Source: Ranitomeya imitator (Eukaryota). Taken from it: a stretch of 64,000 bases of DNA. Shown in pieces: positions 59,601-64,000 of this stretch (the first letter of the stretch is position 1; the number at the start of each line of letters is the position of its first letter). The position numbers and the translations under genes were made by a program. The DNA lies in the NCBI RefSeq assembly GCF_032444005.1, contig NC_091288.1, positions 221,836,001 to 221,900,000 on the forward strand, read 5' to 3'. A model generated the notes under the pieces. That model did not search any database. It was not told the DNA's origin and saw only the letters and a program-made list of their open reading frames with translations.

Positions 59601-60387
59601 AGGATTGCAGCCTCCAGCTGTGAGTTTTGACTGGCTGATTATCAAAAATACAGGGGACCCCACGCCATTTAAAAAAAAAAAATATTTATTTATAGTGCAG
59701 ACGCCAGCTGATAAATACTCGCCGCTCCTGCTCTAACTGTTATTAGCAGCAGCAGGTGTCGGATGATGGGAGCAGTTGTCCCATCAGCTGATACCAGTGA
59801 CTGCAGGTGACTGGAGGTAAACTGTATACCTCCGATCACAGCTGAGTGTTCCCGCTGTCTTTTGACCGCATGGGAACTGAGGCTCTCTGACCGCCGAGGA
59901 TGATTTCACCGCCAATCACATGACAGCATGGCAAACACTGGATGTTCGGGTTCCCCATTCAAGTGAATGGGGTCCGGGTTTGGATTCGGGTTCTGATCTG
60001 GTACCCGAATCTGAACTTTTTGTAACTGTTCGGCCGAACCCGAACATCCAGGTGTCCGCCCATCTCTCGTACTGGACAACCTTTTAAGTCATCAAAGTGA
60101 AATCCTTGTCCTATTAAGAATGGCTACATCTGGAACACATAAGTAGCTGATTTCCCACCTTCAGGTTTTGGTTGATTTGCGGATGTTTCTTCTTCATTCT
60201 TCAGATTCATCATCTCAGATCCTTCATCTGAAACTAAGATATAAAAGAAAATAGATGTCAGCTCCTAGAAGTTTCTGGGCTAATTCTGCTTTTATAGTTG
60301 TAAAATCAGTATATTAATTATTTTATTTATCTATAGATATTTTACCTGGCAGCGGAGGATCTTCTATAACATTTTCTACAACGGTTT
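53425..60387 (-). CDS. Multi-exon gene for an uncharacterised protein with two tandem TIR-like alpha/beta domains; N-terminus outside the window, last exon unresolved
   Basis: GT-AG exons in compatible phases: 60387-60346 (1/1), 60227-60159 (1/1), 57526-57485 (1/1), 56182-55892 (1/1), 55679-55500 (1/1), 55394-55378 (1/0), 54637-54370 (0/1), 53601-53425 (1/1). They join into one stop-free frame. The domain identity is inferred from motif pattern only. Confidence 0.8.
54370..54637 (-). CDS. Exon: first half of TIR-like domain 2
   Basis: ttttaccag|GGC CAT AAG...ATG A|gtaagt; GHKVGIFSRSSESEYEWLKMELESDYFRGSVENVQSYYISNRGFQQFMTNVSNCTFGILYHTKNRGRINITDVTDSLYDDELDYMSSMM. Confidence 0.88.
55378..55394 (-). 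CDS. 17-nt micro-exon (GSASWT) linking domains 1 and 2
   Basis: cttttgttccag|...|gtaag; supplies exactly the phase 1-to-0 change needed to join the flanking exons. Confidence 0.78.
55500..55679 (-). CDS. Exon: second half of TIR-like domain 1
   Basis: tttgactttaag|GC CTG AAA AAT...AAA G|gtacc; GLKNVIILLSEKTPDN..., parallel to KNVIVVVDD of domain 2. Confidence 0.8.
55892..56182 (-). CDS. Exon: first half of TIR-like domain 1 (divergent)
   Basis: ttttcttctttacatcaatacccag|...TAC G|gtaaat; YELQVVTKSPYSCDWIKDALKSEIF...KFRKSVSSCSCVVFCF...SREVEELSFYYG. Confidence 0.78.
57786..59250 (+). mobile_element. 5'-truncated, frameshifted non-LTR retrotransposon (L2/Crack-like within the CR1 group; subclade uncertain), intronic and antisense to the TIR-like gene
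   Basis: Degenerate RGVR.SC.LSP.LFNIYINEL and L.ADDL RT motifs; YTYLGL; C-terminal ERLCQHC...EDETHFLLHC. Confidence 0.85.
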
Positions 60388-60488
60388 CTATAATATAGAA
60401 ATATATTATCTGATAAATCTTATACAAATATACACAAGTGATTGTTCTACTCTGTCTTTTCTTAGTGTATCGTAGAAGGGTACGAGGC

Positions 60489-61253
60489 TGTTATGAACGC
60501 AATCCAGTGACACAGAGGACCAACAGTGTACCAGCGATCAGAGCACATATAGTGATCTGACAGTAACCCAAAAATATAAGAACGAGCTCTGAGACGTGGA
60601 ATCTCTGTAGACCACAATCCCTGAACCTATCCTAAACACAACTAAAGGCAGCTGTGGATTGCGCCTCAAATACTACCTATGCAACTCGGCACCGCCTGAG
60701 AAGCTGACTAGCCTGAAGATAGAAAAACAAGCCTGACTTGCCTCAGAGAAATACCCCAAAGGAAAAGGCAGCCCCCCACATGTAATGACTGTGAGTGAGA
60801 TGAAAAGACAAACGTAGGGATGAAATAGATTCAGCAAAGTGAGGCCCGATATTCTAAACAGAGCGAAGATAGTAAAGAGAACTTTGCAGTCTACAAAAAA
60901 CCCTAAATCAAAAACCACGCAAAGGGGGCAAAAAGACCCACCGTGCCGACTAACGACACGGTGGTACACCCTTTGCGTCTCAGAGCTACCAGCAAAACAA
61001 AAGACAAGCTGGACAGAAAATTAAGCAACAAAAAGCAAAAATGCACTTATCCAAGCAGGGCAGAAGTCCACAGGAAAGATCCAGAAGCTCAGATCCAAAC
61101 TGGAACATTGATCAGGAGCAAGGAAAACAGAATCATGTGGAGTTAAATAATGAAGCAGCTAACGAGCTCCCCGGAACACCTGAGGGAGGAAGCTCAGAAG
61201 CTGCAGTACCCCTTGTGACCACAGGAGTGAATTCAGCCACAGAATTCACAACA
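60489..61253 (-). repeat. 3' LTR of the third gypsy element (765 bp)
   Basis: Homologous to, but clearly diverged from, 44193-44995. Confidence 0.93.
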
Positions 61254-64000
61254 GTACCCCCCCCTTGAGGAGGGGTCACCGAACCCTCACCAGAGCCCCC
61301 AGGCCGACCAGGATGAGCCACATGAAAGGCACGAACAAGATCGGGAGCATGGACATCGGAGGCAAAAACCCAGGAATTATCTTCCTGAGCATAACCCTTC
61401 CATTTAACCAGATACTGGAGTTTCCGTCTAGAAACACGAGAATCCAAAATCTTCTCCACAATATACTCCAATTCCCCCTCCACCAAAACCGGGGCAGGAG
61501 GCTCAACAGATGGAACCATAGGTGCCACGTATCTCCGCAACAACGACCTATGGAATACATTATGTATAGAAAAGGAGTCTGGGAGGGTCAGACGAAAAGA
61601 CACAGGATTGAGAACCTTAGAAATCCTATACGGACCAATAAAACGAGGCTTAAACTTAGGAGAGGAAACCTTCATAGGAATATGACGAGAAGATAACCAA
61701 ACCAGATCCCCAACATGAAGTCGGGGACCCACACGGCGTCTACGATTAGCGAAAAGTTGAGCCTTCTCCTGGGACAAGGTCAAATTGTCCACTACCTGAG
61801 TCCAGATCTGCTGTAACCTGTCCACCACAGAATCCACACCAGGACAGTCCGAAGACTCAACCTGTCCTGACGAGAAACGAGGATGGAACCCAGAATTGCA
61901 AAAAAATGGAGAAACCAAGGTAGCCGAGCTGGCCCGATTATTAAGGGCGAACTCAGCCAATGGCAAAAAGGACACCCAATCATCCTGGTCTGCAGAAACA
62001 AAACATCTCAGATATGTTTCCAAGGTCTGATTGGTTCGTTCGGTCTGGCCATTAGTCTGAGGATGGAAAGCCGAGGAAAAAGATAGGTCAATACCCATCC
62101 TACCACAAAAGGCTCGCCAAAACCTCGAAACAAACTGGGAACCTCTGTCAGAAACAATATTCTCAGGAATGCCATGCAAACGAACCACATGCTGGAAGAA
62201 CAAAGGCACCAAATCAGAGGAGGAAGGCAATTTAACCAAGGGCACCAGATGGACCATTTTAGAAAAGCGATCACAGACCACCCAAATGACTGACATCTTC
62301 TGAGAAACGGGAAGGTCAGAAATGAAATCCATCGAAATATGTGTCCAAGGCCTCTTTGGGACCGGCAAGGGCAAAAGCAACCCACTGGCACGAGAACAGC
62401 AGGGCTTAGCCCTAGCACAAGTCCCACAGGACTGCACAAAAGCACGTACATCCCGTGACAGAGATGGCCACCAGAAGGATCTAGCCACTAACTCTCTGGT
62501 ACCAAAGATTCCAGGATGACCAGCCAACACCGAACAATGAAGTTCAGAGATAACTTTATTAGTCCACCTATCAGGGACGAACAGTTTCTCCGCTGGACAA
62601 CGATCAGGTTTATTAGCCTGAAACTTCTGTAGCACCCTCCGCAAATCAGGGGAGATAGCAGACACAATTACTCCTTCCTTGAGGATACCTGCCGGCTCAG
62701 ATACCCCCCGGGGAGTCGGGCACAAAACTCCTAGACAGAGCATCCGCCTTCACATTCTTAGAGCCCGGAAGGTACGAAATCACAAAGTCGAAGCGGGCAA
62801 AAAATAACGACCAACGGGCCTGTCTAGGATTCAAGCGCTTGGCAGACTCGAGATAAGTCAAGTTCTTATGATCTGTCAATACCACCACGCGATGCTTAGC
62901 TCCTTCAAGCCAATGACGCCATTCCTCGAATGCCCACTTCATGGCCAGCAACTCTCGGTTGCCCACATCATAATTACGCTCAGCGGGCGAAAATTTCCTG
63001 GAAAAGAAAGCACACGGCCTCATCACAGAGCAACCAGCACCTCTCTGTGACAAGACCGCCCCTGCTCCAATCTCAGAAGCATCAACCTCGACCTGGAACG
63101 GAAGAGAAACATCTGGCTGACACAACACAGGGGTAGAACAAAAACGACGCTTCAACTCCTGAAAAGCTTCCACAGCAGCAGAAGACCAATTAACCAAATC
63201 AGCACCCTTCTTGGTCAAATCGGTCAATGGTTTGGCAATGCTAGAAAAATTACCGATGAAGCGACGATAAAAATTAGCAAAGCCCAGGAACTTTTGCAGA
63301 CTTTTCAGAGATGTCGGCTGAGTCCAATCATGGATGGCCTGGACCTTAACCGGATCCATCTCGATAGTAGAAGGGGAAAAGATGAACCCCAAAAATGAAA
63401 CTTTCTGCACACCAAAGAGACACTTTGATCCCTTCACAAACAAGGAATTATCACGCAGGACCTGAAAAACCGTTCTGACCTGCTTCACATGAGACTCCCA
63501 ATCATCCGAGAAGATCAAAATGTCATCCAAGTAAACAATCAGGAATTTATCCAGATACTCACGGAAGATGTCATGCATAAAAGACTGAAACACAGATGGA
63601 GCATTGGCAAGTCCGAACGGCATCACTAGATACTCAAAATGACCCTCGGGCGTATTAAATGCAGTTTTCCATTCATCTCCTTGCCTGATTCTCACCAGAT
63701 TATACGCACCACGAAGATCTATCTTAGTGAACCAACTAGCCCCCTTAATCCGAGCAAACAAGTCAGATAACAATGGCAAGGGATACTGAAATTTAACAGT
63801 GATCTGATTAAGAAGGCGGTAATCAATACACGGTCTCAGCGAACCATCCTTCTTGGCTACAAAGAAGAACCCTGCTCCCATTGGTGATGACGATGGGCGA
63901 ATATGCCCCTTCTCCAGGGATTCCTTCACATAACTGCGCATAGCGGCGTGTTCAGGCACGGATAAATTAAATAATCGACCTTTAGGGAATTTACTTCCAG
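60489..64000 (-). mobile_element. Ty3/gypsy chromovirus, family 2 (divergent subfamily); 3' LTR and pol, continues beyond the right edge
   Basis: LTR 60489-61253 (TGTTAT...CACAACA), PPT, RT-RH (62697-63959) and IN-chromodomain (61133-62743), separated by a +1 insertion in a C run at about 62704-62709. Confidence 0.96.

Overview
Vertebrate, most likely anuran (frog), genomic DNA. The clade call is inferred from the TAS2R sequences and repeat types. The left 38 kb hold a cluster of bitter taste receptor genes: five intact, highly divergent TAS2R ORFs and one TM7-only remnant destroyed by a CR1 insertion. From about 53 kb to beyond 60.4 kb there is a hidden multi-exon minus-strand gene that the ORF track shows only in pieces. 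It encodes two tandem copies of an uncharacterised alpha/beta domain whose motif pattern resembles a TIR domain, including the E-L/E-V motif at the position of the catalytic glutamate of TIR NADases. This gene is the most promising candidate for an undescribed system. The remainder is densely nested mobile DNA. It includes two families of Tf1/sushi-type Ty3/gypsy elements with co-varying self-priming signals, a near-intact piggyBac inserted into a gypsy gag, a full-length intact CR1 LINE, Tc1 fragments, 8-bp-TSD hAT-type MITEs, a tandem pair of hammerhead-ribozyme-like motifs, and four minisatellites, three of which repeat a transcription-factor motif. All alignments and coordinates were done by eye, and no database searches were run.
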